DNA from: an uncultured Chloroflexia bacterium
GTDB taxonomy: Bacteria; Chloroflexota; Limnocylindria; Limnocylindrales; CSP1-4
DNA: 64,000 bases
Assembly: GCA_963766735.1 (NCBI GenBank)
Contig: CAVYBU010000008.1
Location: 256,001-320,000, forward strand
Direction: 5' to 3'
Each line of letters starts with the position of its first letter. Position 1 is the first letter of the stretch. The translations under genes were made by a program, and so were the position numbers. The notes beneath the pieces are model-generated. The model was not told where the DNA came from. It did no database searches and saw only the letters and a list, made by a program, of their open reading frames with translations. Below are positions 9,779 to 18,602 of the stretch, in pieces.

Positions 9779-10912
9779 TCAACCGCAGACGAACTGGTCG
9801 AGCCGGGCCGGCCCGGCGGCAAGTATCTCATCCAGGCGCTCGCGGACCGCGACCAGGGCTTCGGCCATCGAAGCGTCCGGCGGCAGGTCGAGCCGCATGT
9901 CGGCATCGTTGGACAGCGGGTGCCAGAACCAGCCCTGCGCGTCGCAGGTCAGCTCGGGTGCGACGTCCTGGGGCCGGATCGGCTCGCCCTCCGAGGCGGC
10001 TCCGCGCAGCGCGACGGGGCGAAAGATCCGGTCGTCGGGCCGGATGCCGAGCTCGTCCGCCAGGCGGTGGAGCTGCGGGATCTCGTCGAGCGCCTCCTCG
10101 GGCAGGGACGCGGCGAGTCGAACACGCGCTCCGGCATCGAGCAGGGTCCGGATCCCGCGCATGGCACCCGCATGGGCGCCGCGCCCGCGGTGTGCGTCAT
10201 GGCGCTCCGGCGTCGCCGAATCGAGGCTCACCTGGAAGGCGATCGGCCGGCCGGCCTCGATCAGCGGCCGGATCCGCTCCCAGCGCGGCCCGCGGAGCAG
10301 CATCGCGTTCGTGAGCAGGGTCAGCGGCAGGCGATCGGTCACATAGACGATGAGATCGGCGATGTCGGGCCGGAGCGTGGGCTCGCCGCCGGTCACGAAC
10401 ACCGCGTCCATGCCGGCAGCGACGGCCTCGTCCACGAGACCGCGGATCCGCACGTCCGACAGCCGTCTGGGATCTGTCTTCGGGCCGGCAACCACGCAGC
10501 AGTAGTCGCAGGCGAGGTTGCAGTCGTAGTTGGTGTAGAGCCACAGGCGGGTGGGCATGAACGAGTCGCCCGATCGCGAGCCCGGGGTCGGCCGGGACTC
10601 GCGTTGGCCGTCCGCCGGCCAGTCTGTCCGCGCTTGACCCTTGCGCAGGTAGTGAAACGTCCAGCCGGGCCGATCTGGGTCGGGGACCACCGTCAGCAGC
10701 GCGTGACGACTGACGGCCTCGAAGGTCCGGAGCTGCTCGGTGAGCCGATCGCTCGGACTGGCGATCCGCACGATCTGGCCGTCGCGGATGTCGAGCAGCG
10801 CCCGATGGAGAGGCAACAGGAGCCCGGACTCCAGGTCGGCCGTTGGGTCCTCGACCACGGCATGGACCGGGAGCTCTCGGCCGCCACCGTAGTTGGCCGG
10901 CTCGGCGGTCAC
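9779..10912 (-). CDS. radical SAM protein with N-terminal TusA/SirA-like domain (resembles M. tuberculosis Rv1681/MoeX family)
   Basis: LWLYTNYDCNLACDYCC (CxxxCxxC), TGGEP, QVSLDS, GWFWHP, C-terminal FVCG; GTG overlaps methyltransferase stop. Confidence 0.85.
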   Translation of the reverse strand: MTAEPANYGGGRELPVHAVVEDPTADLESGLLLPLHRALLDIRDGQIVRIASPSDRLTEQLRTFEAVSRHALLTVVPDPDRPGWTFHYLRKGQARTDWPADGQRESRPTPGSRSGDSFMPTRLWLYTNYDCNLACDYCCVVAGPKTDPRRLSDVRIRGLVDEAVAAGMDAVFVTGGEPTLRPDIADLIVYVTDRLPLTLLTNAMLLRGPRWERIRPLIEAGRPIAFQVSLDSATPERHDAHRGRGAHAGAMRGIRTLLDAGARVRLAASLPEEALDEIPQLHRLADELGIRPDDRIFRPVALRGAASEGEPIRPQDVAPELTCDAQGWFWHPLSNDADMRLDLPPDASMAEALVAVRERLDEILAAGPARLDQFVCG

Positions 10913-11550
10913 GGTTGCTGACTGCCGACGCGGCGGAATGTCGAGTACTGGAACTGCTGGGGGAAACCCGTCGGCGTGTGATGGAGATAGCGACGGCTGT
11001 CCACCAGCCGGAAACCATCGCCGAGCTCCAGTGCAAGGGTCTCGGGTTCATAGCGCTGGACCAGCATGCCGCTGCAACGCTCGGGACCGTCGTCGGCGAA
11101 CGTGGCGACGATGGCCGTGCCCGCGTCGGGGACGGTCCGCCGGGCCAGGTCGGCGTAGCGCCGCCTGGCGGCTGGCTCGAGCAGGAAGTGGAACGCCGCA
11201 CGATCGTGCCAGATGTCGAAGGTTCCGACGTCACCGAGGTCGGATGCGTCGCCGACAATCCATTCGATCCGCTCGGCGCGGTCGCCAAGCCGGTGGCGGG
11301 CCAGCGTCAGGGCCGCGTCGGAGATGTCGAGGACGGCGATCCGCTCGAGGTCGAGGTCGAGCAGGTGATCCACGAGCCACGACGCGCCGCCGCCGACATC
11401 GATGATGCTGCGCCCCCCGCGCTCGATGGCGGCCGCCACGAGCTCACGCGAGTTGAACGGATCCGGCTCGTACCAGCCGACACCGGTCATCTCGCGCGTG
11501 GCGTAGATCCAGTCCCATGGGTTGGCCGAGGCTGGGGCATCCGAGGACAC
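10909..11550 (-). CDS. class I SAM-dependent methyltransferase
   Basis: IIDVGGGAS motif I, VLDIS, WHDRAAFHFL, GPERCSG; GTG start with GAGGGAG SD. Confidence 0.85.
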   Translation of the reverse strand: MSSDAPASANPWDWIYATREMTGVGWYEPDPFNSRELVAAAIERGGRSIIDVGGGASWLVDHLLDLDLERIAVLDISDAALTLARHRLGDRAERIEWIVGDASDLGDVGTFDIWHDRAAFHFLLEPAARRRYADLARRTVPDAGTAIVATFADDGPERCSGMLVQRYEPETLALELGDGFRLVDSRRYLHHTPTGFPQQFQYSTFRRVGSQQP

Positions 11551-11721
11551 TGGGCACTCCCTCTTCTGAGCCGGCTCGATGCTGAGGGTAAGGATATTGG
11601 ATGACGGCTCGATGACGACCGGGCGACCCTGCCTGACGGACCCTGGCCCCTGCCTGCGATGCTCGACCGGCGTACGGGGATGACCCGGTCCCAGCGCGGC
11701 TCGGCCCGCTACGATCGTGCC

Positions 11722-11775
11722 ATGCCGTTTGACCCCTTCGTCCGACCGCGCCGGTTCCTGCGACGGGGCGCGTGA
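11722..11775 (+). CDS. putative leaderless leader peptide MPFDPFVRPRRFLRRGA
   Basis: TACGAT -10 box 6 nt before ATG; stop overlaps the GTG of the next gene (GTGA). Confidence 0.4.
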   Translation: MPFDPFVRPRRFLRRGA

Positions 11776-12584
11776 TCCTGCGCCGGGGCATCGCGCCCTC
11801 CGCCGCGACAGCCGCGGTCGAGACCGACGCCGTCGCACGTCTGCCCGGTGGCACGCTCCCGTACACGCTGCGCCGCTCGCCGCGGGCCACGCGGCTGCGG
11901 GTGACGATCCACCCCGAGCGCGGCGTCGTGGTCACCGTGCCCGCGGCCGCCCGCCGTGGCTGGAGCCGCCCGGAGGTCGTGGTCGAGACGTTCCTCGCCG
12001 AGCGTGAGCCATGGGTCCGCCGCCACCTCGGCCGCCAGGCGGCATCCCGCGCCCGGCTGGAGGATCGCCCCGCGCTGGACGACGGCCGAGTGATCCCGTA
12101 CCTCGGCGCCCCGCACCGAATCCGGGTCACCGAGGCACCGCCCCGAACCCGTTCCTCGCGTGTCTCGAGGATCGGCGGCGACGAGGGCGACGAGCTGCTG
12201 GTGGAGCGGGTGGCCCGGGACAGGCGCCCCACGGAGGCGATCCTCGAGGCGTGGTTCCGGCAGCGCGCCCGGGCGGCGCTGCTGGCGGCCATCGATCGCC
12301 ACGCGCTCCCGCTCGGCGTGTCCCCCTCGTCCGTCACCATCCGCGACACGACCAGCCGATGGGGGAGCTGCTCCCGGCGTGGCTCCCTCTCCTTCGGCTG
12401 GCGGCTGGTCCTGGCGCCGCCCGGAGCGCTGGACGCCGTCGCCGCCCACGAGCTCTGCCACCTGCGGGTGTTCGGGCACGCACCACACTTCTGGGCGCTG
12501 CTGGAGACGCGCGTCCCGGACTACGCGATCTGGCGCCGGTGGCTCCGCCGGCACGGACCGGAGCTCCACGCCGCGCTGGACTGA
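11772..12584 (+). CDS. YgjP/DUF45 (SprT/M48-like) zinc metallohydrolase
   Basis: SRWGSCS and HELCHL (HExxH) ...GHAPHFW motifs. Confidence 0.85.
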   Translation: MILRRGIAPSAATAAVETDAVARLPGGTLPYTLRRSPRATRLRVTIHPERGVVVTVPAAARRGWSRPEVVVETFLAEREPWVRRHLGRQAASRARLEDRPALDDGRVIPYLGAPHRIRVTEAPPRTRSSRVSRIGGDEGDELLVERVARDRRPTEAILEAWFRQRARAALLAAIDRHALPLGVSPSSVTIRDTTSRWGSCSRRGSLSFGWRLVLAPPGALDAVAAHELCHLRVFGHAPHFWALLETRVPDYAIWRRWLRRHGPELHAALD

Positions 12585-12691
12585 CGCCGCGAGTCCCTCC
12601 CGCGTCCACGGGGCAACAATCGGGCCGGTTCGAGCGTCACAAGACTGCCCGGATGAACCCGGGCTTCCGCGCATCCGATCCTCGAGGTCCC

Positions 12692-13351
12692 ATGTTCCCG
12701 CGCCTCGCGCCCGTCGCCGTCTCGCTCGCCCTCCTCGTCGTCGCCGCGTGCGGCGCATCGGCCGCCCCGACACGGCCGTCCATCGCGGCCGTCCCGACGG
12801 CCGTGCCCACGGTTGGGCCCCTGCCCGCCATCGATCCCGACCCACAGCCCGTCATCACGGCCTCGCCGGACGCCGGCAACGTGGGGGGCGATCGCCTCGG
12901 CCCGGAGCTGACGATCGAGATGGTCGACGAGGACACGATCGGCGCGACCATCAGCGACCCTGCTGCGAAGGCCTGGCGCCTGGTGGTGGCGGGCATCGGC
13001 GAACGAGCAGGTGACCGGTGGGAGATCCTCGTCGAGACCGGCGACACCGGACCCGACATCCTCGCCACCGAGATCAGGGACGGTCGGATCGTGGACGAGA
13101 TGGACCTGTCCGGGTTCGCGGACGGGACCGCGGCCGCCGGCGGCTGCCACGGCACGCTGCCGGTCTGCCTCGCCTCGGACGGGTTCCGCCTGCCGCAGGA
13201 CGGCGACGGCACGTTCGCGGTGCGGCTGGCGCTGCCGGAGTCCGGGACTCCGCTGACGATCACCGGCGGGACCGCGACCTGGCCCGGCGAGCCGTTCATC
13301 CTGGGTCCGTGGACCGACACGGAGCCCTTCCCCTGGAACGCTGCCGGCTGA
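12692..13351 (+). CDS. hypothetical lipoprotein
   Basis: signal peptide with lipobox VAAC, Pro/Thr linker, Cys pair GCHGTLPVC. Confidence 0.6.
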   Translation: MFPRLAPVAVSLALLVVAACGASAAPTRPSIAAVPTAVPTVGPLPAIDPDPQPVITASPDAGNVGGDRLGPELTIEMVDEDTIGATISDPAAKAWRLVVAGIGERAGDRWEILVETGDTGPDILATEIRDGRIVDEMDLSGFADGTAAAGGCHGTLPVCLASDGFRLPQDGDGTFAVRLALPESGTPLTITGGTATWPGEPFILGPWTDTEPFPWNAAG

Positions 13352-13393
13352 CAACGGGCGCGCGGCCACGCCGCAACGAGAACAGGGGGGTGC

Positions 13394-13478
13394 TGGTGGG
13401 CCGGGGCAGAATCGAACTGCCACAGCCGAAGGCGAGGGTTTTACAGACCCTTGGGCTCACCACCTGCCCAACCGACCC
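13394..13478 (-). tRNA. tRNA-Tyr (GTA)
   Basis: AGGGT-CTGTAAA-ACCCT anticodon arm, long variable arm, GTTCGATT, CCA end; 85 nt. Confidence 0.95.
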
Positions 13479-13482
13479 ACGA

Positions 13483-13558
<76 letters not shown>

Positions 13559-13651
13559 AGGGAGCCGCACCCGACACGTCGGGTCGACCGGCCCGGAAGT
13601 GTAGCACGCGACATCGTCCCGGCCGCCCCGCTCGACCGATAGACTCGGCCG

Positions 13652-14548
13652 ATGCCCGCAGGTCTGATGGCCGGTCTGTTCACGTCCCTGGCCTGGGGCG
13701 TGGTGGACATCACTGCGGCACTGTCCGGCCACCGGGTTGGGAGCCTCCGGACGCTGGCGGCGACGCAGGTGATCAGCGTCGTGGTGCTGCTGGGGTTTAT
13801 CGCGCTCGATCCGGCGCGCCTCGGGTCGGACCCGATCACAGGGATGACGGCCGGCATGCCGATCGGGGTCCTCGCGGGCGTCGCGTACCTCGGCTACTTC
13901 ACGGCACTGAAGCTGGGTCCGCTTGCCGTCGTGAGCCCGATCATCATCGCGTACGGCGGCCTGACGGTGATCCTGGCCGTGCTGTTCCGGGGTGAGACCC
14001 TGCTGCCGCTCCAGGCGGCGGGCGCCGTGCTGGCGACGGCCGGGGTGATCCTGACCGGCGTGGCGTTCAGCCGCCGCTCGCTCCGCAGCGCACGGCTCGT
14101 GGGCCCCGGGGTGCTGATCGCGTTCGTCACGATCGGCCTGTTCGCGCTGGTGACAGTCTTCATGAGCGACCCGATCCGGGAACACGGCTGGCTGCCCGTG
14201 GCGGTCGGCTCGCGGCTCGCGAATGCGTCCTTCGTCCTGGTCCTGCTGGCGATCGGCTTGCGGGGATCGACGGCCCTGCGGCCGCTGATGCTTCCGGGCA
14301 ACCCGTGGAACCGCGCGGTGGTGCTGCTGGTGCTGGCCACGGGACTGTTCGACGTGGCCGGGTACATCGCCTTCGCGATCGGCCTGGAGGTCGCCCCGGT
14401 CTGGCTGATCGGCCTGGCAAGCTCGTTCGGTCCGGTGCTGGCAATCGGGTACGCGGTCTGGCGCATGGGTGAGCGCCTCCGGCCGACGCAGTGGGCAGGG
14501 CTGGCGCTGCTGGGCGTCGGGGTGGTGGTGCTGGCGGTCTCGGGCTAG
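13652..14548 (+). CDS. EamA/DMT family transporter
   Basis: about 10 TM segments, two EamA repeats (GPLAVVSPI, GERL). Confidence 0.85.
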   Translation: MPAGLMAGLFTSLAWGVVDITAALSGHRVGSLRTLAATQVISVVVLLGFIALDPARLGSDPITGMTAGMPIGVLAGVAYLGYFTALKLGPLAVVSPIIIAYGGLTVILAVLFRGETLLPLQAAGAVLATAGVILTGVAFSRRSLRSARLVGPGVLIAFVTIGLFALVTVFMSDPIREHGWLPVAVGSRLANASFVLVLLAIGLRGSTALRPLMLPGNPWNRAVVLLVLATGLFDVAGYIAFAIGLEVAPVWLIGLASSFGPVLAIGYAVWRMGERLRPTQWAGLALLGVGVVVLAVSG

Positions 14549-14586
14549 GGGTCGTTCGGGCGCCGGACAGGGTGGATCCTGACCCC

Positions 14587-14614
14587 TTGACGACTAGAAC
14601 ATTCGTTCTATTAT
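14587..14614 (+). promoter_or_regulatory. sigma70 promoter overlapped by LexA (SOS) box
   Basis: TTGACG-16-TATTAT with palindrome TAGAAC-ATTC-GTTCTA (14595-14610). Confidence 0.85.
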
Positions 14615-14624
14615 TGGACGTCCG

Positions 14625-15896
14625 ATGGCTCGCACATCCGACGTCTCCGAGGCTCTCGCCGCGCTCCAGGCACGCTGGGGTGCGGCCGCTCCACGCCGCG
14701 GCAGCGAGCTCGTGGGGATGATCGAAGGAGCGCTTGCCCGCGCGCCGCTGCCGCTCGAGGAGCCGGTGGGTGAAGAGGCCTCAGCCCGCGCCCCTGCCCC
14801 TGCGTCCGCGCCGTTCACCCCGGCCACGCGAACCCGGCCCGGTGTGCCCGCCGCGGACCTGGACGGGCGCATCGTCTCCACCGGGTTCGCCGCACTGGAC
14901 GCGGTCCTTGGCACGGGGGGGCTGCCGCGCTCCGCCACGGTCGTGCTTCGCGGGGGCGTGTCCTCGGGCAAGACCACGGTGGCGCTGCGGGCGGTCGCAG
15001 AGGCTCAGGCGGGCGGGGCGATCGTCGCGTGGCTGGACCTCGCACGGGCGTTCGACCCCGTGGAGGCCGTCGCCCGCGGGATCAACCCGGAGTGGCTCGT
15101 GGTGCTGACGCCGGCGGATATCGAGGAGGCCCTCGCGCTGGCCGGCTCGTTGCTCGCAGCCCGGACCGTGGACCTGCTGGTGCTGGACCTGCCGGATGGG
15201 CGAGACCCCGCGGTCGCCGGGAAGCGAGTGGGGGACCGGCTGGGCCGGCTCGCGGCGCTGGCCAGGCGCGCAGGGACGCTGGTCGTGGTGCTGGAGCCGG
15301 TGGCGCTGGGCCGCACGCTGGCGGCGGCCGTGGAGGAGGCGAGCGGCCTGCGGCTGGAGTTGCGGCGATCGGGCTGGATCCGCCTGGGGCGGGACGTGGT
15401 GGGGCAGCGCAGCGAGGCCACCGTCGCGCGCAACCGCTACGGGCCGCCCGGCCGTCGCGCCGACCTCGAGATCCTGTACGCGGAGGGCGGCCCAAGGGAC
15501 GCCTGCCTGCGCCGGCCCGGGCTCCTGGATGGGCTCATCGCGCCGGCCGCACCACCGGGGCTTGCCGTCGCCTCACCGCTCTTCAGAGACCTGAAAGGCC
15601 CCCCTCCATCGGCTGATACCCATGCGCCTGCTGTACCTGCTCTGGCCTCACCTGCCCCTCCGCCTGGCGAGGGTCCGCCTGGAGACGCCCCCGGGGGGTC
15701 GCACCTCCCCGGGGGACGGCACCACCTCCGGCTCCTGGCCTCACGGCCCGATCATCCTCGGCGGACAGCCCTGGATGGACGGAACGGTCGTGGACGCGGA
15801 TCCGCTCGCACGGGCACTCGGCGTCCGGCGGGGGATCCCGCTCGGGACCGCCCACCGGCTGGCGCCCGAGGCAACCTTCCTCGACCTCGCGCCTGA
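14625..15896 (+). CDS. imuA: ImuA/RecA-like mutasome protein
   Basis: RecA-like STGFAALDAVLGTGGLP, Walker A GGVSSGKT, AWLD, DLLVLD; SOS box upstream; precedes imuB. Confidence 0.8.
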   Translation: MARTSDVSEALAALQARWGAAAPRRGSELVGMIEGALARAPLPLEEPVGEEASARAPAPASAPFTPATRTRPGVPAADLDGRIVSTGFAALDAVLGTGGLPRSATVVLRGGVSSGKTTVALRAVAEAQAGGAIVAWLDLARAFDPVEAVARGINPEWLVVLTPADIEEALALAGSLLAARTVDLLVLDLPDGRDPAVAGKRVGDRLGRLAALARRAGTLVVVLEPVALGRTLAAAVEEASGLRLELRRSGWIRLGRDVVGQRSEATVARNRYGPPGRRADLEILYAEGGPRDACLRRPGLLDGLIAPAAPPGLAVASPLFRDLKGPPPSADTHAPAVPALASPAPPPGEGPPGDAPGGSHLPGGRHHLRLLASRPDHPRRTALDGRNGRGRGSARTGTRRPAGDPARDRPPAGARGNLPRPRA

Positions 15897-16971
15897 CGCA
15901 GACCGGGACACCCTCGAAGCGGCCTGCGAGCGCCTTGCCACGTTCAGCCCGGGGATCGCCGCCTCGAGCGACGTCCGGGACCCGTCGTTCGGGCGGATCG
16001 CCGTCCACGCCGACGGGCTGATGCGCCTGTGGGGCGTGGAGGAGCGGCTGGTCGTCCGTGTGACCGAGGCCCTGGCTCCAATCCTCCCGGGACCACCCCG
16101 GGCGGGGATCGCCGGAACGGGCTTCGCCGCGGGCATCGCGGCCGCGCACACCCCCGAGGGAGCGCCACCGATGCTCGTTCCGCCCGGCGACGATGAGCGG
16201 TTCCTCGCCCCGTACCCCGCCCGCCTCCTCACGCGGGACGCGGACATCCGGGCCCGCCTCGCCCGGTTCGGGCTGCGGACGATCGGGTCGGTGGCGGAGC
16301 TGCCACGCTCGGCCGTCATCGCGCGGTTCGGGGACGAGGGCGCGAGGCTTCACGCACGGGCAAGGGGCGAGGAGACCGAACGCTTCCGCCCTCGGAGAGC
16401 CCCGGAGCGGATGGCGTTGGCCCTGCCACTGGACCCGCCGGCGGAGGGCCTCGAGGCGCTCCGTTTCGTTCTCCACCGGCTGGCGGCAGCGCTGGGCGAC
16501 CAGCTGGCTGCGCGAGGCCAGGCCGCGGGGCTCGCCCGCCTTGCCGTCACCTTCGATCTCGCGTTCGCCCGCCGCGGGACCCCGGCCGGGCTCCATCTCG
16601 AGCAGCGCTTCCCGGAGCCCACCGCGGACCCCGCGGCGATCGAGCGGCTGCTCTTCGCACGCCTGGAACAGGCTCCGCCATCGGCTGCCGTCGCGCGCCT
16701 GGAGCTGGAGCTGGGCCTGGTGGACACGGCGCGGGGTCAGCAGCTGCCGCTGTTCACGCCCCAGGCGGTCCATGACGCGCGTCTCGCCTGGCAGCTGGCC
16801 CGTCTGGCGATCGCGTTCGGGGCGGACCGGGTGCGCCGGGTGGAGCTGGCCGACACGGAGGCGCCATTGGCCGAGGCGCGCTGGCGCTGGCAGCCGGTGG
16901 CGGGCGCGGCGGTGACGGACGGGGACGGCCGGACGGGTGCGGCGATGCCGGCCGGGAGGGGGCGCCGATGA
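15622..16971 (+). CDS. imuB: ImuB, catalytically inactive Y-family polymerase
   Basis: ARALGVRRG, LARFGLRTIG, RFG motifs; catalytic acidic residues not evident; beta-clamp motif QLPLF. Confidence 0.85.
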   Translation: MRLLYLLWPHLPLRLARVRLETPPGGRTSPGDGTTSGSWPHGPIILGGQPWMDGTVVDADPLARALGVRRGIPLGTAHRLAPEATFLDLAPDADRDTLEAACERLATFSPGIAASSDVRDPSFGRIAVHADGLMRLWGVEERLVVRVTEALAPILPGPPRAGIAGTGFAAGIAAAHTPEGAPPMLVPPGDDERFLAPYPARLLTRDADIRARLARFGLRTIGSVAELPRSAVIARFGDEGARLHARARGEETERFRPRRAPERMALALPLDPPAEGLEALRFVLHRLAAALGDQLAARGQAAGLARLAVTFDLAFARRGTPAGLHLEQRFPEPTADPAAIERLLFARLEQAPPSAAVARLELELGLVDTARGQQLPLFTPQAVHDARLAWQLARLAIAFGADRVRRVELADTEAPLAEARWRWQPVAGAAVTDGDGRTGAAMPAGRGRR

Positions 16972-17216
16972 CGCGCCTGCTGCGGGAGCACCCCGCGATC
17001 GACGCGCAGCTGGACGCCGAGGGGCGCCTGGTTGCCATCGACTGGGGCGGCCGCCGGGAGCCCGTGGAGGTCTGCAACCGGTGGCGCGTGGAGGAATCGT
17101 GGTGGCGTGAGCCGATCGCCCGGGACTACTTCAAGGTGGTGGGGAGGAACTGGCTGGCCCTCGTGTACCGGGACCGCATTGCCGGCACGTGGCACCTGGA
17201 ACGGCTCTACGACTGA
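16968..17216 (+). CDS. small imuB-associated protein (DUF6504-like)
   Basis: NRWRVEESWW, RDYFKV, WHLERLYD; ATGA-coupled to imuB. Confidence 0.75.
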   Translation: MTRLLREHPAIDAQLDAEGRLVAIDWGGRREPVEVCNRWRVEESWWREPIARDYFKVVGRNWLALVYRDRIAGTWHLERLYD

Positions 17217-17267
17217 GCGAGCTCGAAGGGATGGCGGCGACCGAGCGGCATGCCTGGCCCCTGACCG

Positions 17268-17375
17268 TCAGCGGACGGCGGGGGACCCGAGGATGATCGA
17301 GACGACGAACAGCACGAGGAACACGCCGAGGACGAGGACGAGTGCGCCCAGGTCACGCGGTCGAGTCGTCTGCAC
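17268..17375 (-). CDS. 35-aa single-TM micropeptide MQTTRPRDLGALVLVLGVFLVLFVVSIILGSPAVR
   Basis: hand-translated; GTG start with GGGGGA SD; below ORF-track cutoff. Confidence 0.55.
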   Translation of the reverse strand: MQTTRPRDLGALVLVLGVFLVLFVVSIILGSPAVR

Positions 17376-17488
17376 CGATGGTCCCCCAATCCGTGACCGA
17401 GTTGCTCCACTCGGTCGCCGATACCAATGACGCCGCAGGCCCTCCGAATGTTGCAGCCGCCCCGAACCGGCGGAGACCGCGAACGGGA

Positions 17489-17587
17489 TCAGGCCGGCAG
17501 CGCGGCGATCACGAGCAGCAGGACGAACCCGATCAGGACCAGTGCCAGCACCCCCGCTCCCAGGAAGTCCCGCGTCGTCGGCTCCAT
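17489..17587 (-). CDS. 32-aa single-TM micropeptide MEPTTRDFLGAGVLALVLIGFVLLLVIAALPA
   Basis: ATG with AAGGAG SD; hydrophobic core; GC3-rich codons. Confidence 0.6.
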   Translation of the reverse strand: MEPTTRDFLGAGVLALVLIGFVLLLVIAALPA

Positions 17588-17613
17588 GCGCCTTGTTCTC
17601 CTTCGTTCCGAAA

Positions 17614-18192
17614 TCAGCCCCCGCCGCCGAAGCAGCCGGCCGCGAGGAGCACGGTGATCATCGTTGATTCGGACGCCGGACGGAAGGTCAGGCGGGCGCG
17701 GCACTCCGGCAGGTCGCCCTGCATGTCGAGCACCCGGGACCCGTCCTCCAGCGGCGAGGAGAGGTCGAGCGTGCTCATGCCGATTGCCTCGAGCGCGTTG
17801 CGATACCACGCCGCCACCTCATCCACGCCAGCGAGCGCGAGGTGGGCGCCCGAGACGGGTTCTGAAGGCGGCTCGCCGACCGCTGCGTCGGGGAAGACGG
17901 GGAAGTCGGCCGGGAGGACGTCCACGATCTCGCCCCAGTCGGTCTGGGTCGTGGGGATGGTGGTGATGGGCGGTTCCACGGGTCCGGAGCTGCCCGGGGT
18001 CCCGCCGCCGGGGACCGCCGTGGGTTCCGCCGCGGCCGTTGGCGCGGCGGTCGGCGCGTTCGTCGATCCGCTCGTGGGATCAGGACCAGTCGTGAACGAA
18101 GGCGACGATCCGCCGCAAGCGGAAGCTCCCAGGGCAATGACGAATACGAGGATCAGCGGACCGGGCCGGATGCCGTCAAGGGTGGGTCGCAT
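17614..18192 (-). CDS. hypothetical lipoprotein
   Basis: lipobox ASAC, Pro/Thr-rich linker; TACGAT -10 box 6 nt before ATG. Confidence 0.65.
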   Translation of the reverse strand: MRPTLDGIRPGPLILVFVIALGASACGGSSPSFTTGPDPTSGSTNAPTAAPTAAAEPTAVPGGGTPGSSGPVEPPITTIPTTQTDWGEIVDVLPADFPVFPDAAVGEPPSEPVSGAHLALAGVDEVAAWYRNALEAIGMSTLDLSSPLEDGSRVLDMQGDLPECRARLTFRPASESTMITVLLAAGCFGGGG

Positions 18193-18377
18193 GCCGCCAT
18201 CGTAACCGGCGTTCGCTTTCCGGCAGAAGAGGGCCCCCGCCGCCCGAGCGACGAGGGACCTCGGTCATCGGCCCCCGGGCTGCTCAGGTCCGGGTGGCAG
18301 GTCGGCGGTCGTCATCGCGACGGCCCGCCGCCGGTGTGGTTCCGCGGGCAGTCAGCCCACCGGAACGGAGAGCGGCC

Positions 18378-18524
18378 CTACGCCGCCGCCTGTGTGATCG
18401 CTGGGAGGAGCCCCAGGATCAGCCCCGCGGAGAGCGCCGCTGCCGCACCTCGCAGCAGCAGGTCGAGGGCGAGGCGCCGGTCCGGGTGGAGCATCCGCTT
18501 GGCGATCACGTGTCTGAGACGCAT
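18378..18524 (-). CDS. 48-aa membrane micropeptide MRLRHVIAKRMLHPDRRLALDLLLRGAAAALSAGLILGLLPAITQAAA
   Basis: hand-translated; GGAG just before ATG; basic N-terminus plus one TM. Confidence 0.5.
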   Translation of the reverse strand: MRLRHVIAKRMLHPDRRLALDLLLRGAAAALSAGLILGLLPAITQAAA

Positions 18525-18602
18525 GACTCCATGGATTGGTTACGCGCCGCCGCAGATTCCTCCAGCCAGGCGCCGACGGCGCTCGCCCTACAATTGCCGG
18601 CC

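Noticed and set aside
9740-9781. Selenocysteine readthrough at the radical SAM TGA (FVCG*)
   Set aside because: TGA is the commonest stop here, no convincing SECIS, and the recalled homologue also ends FxCx
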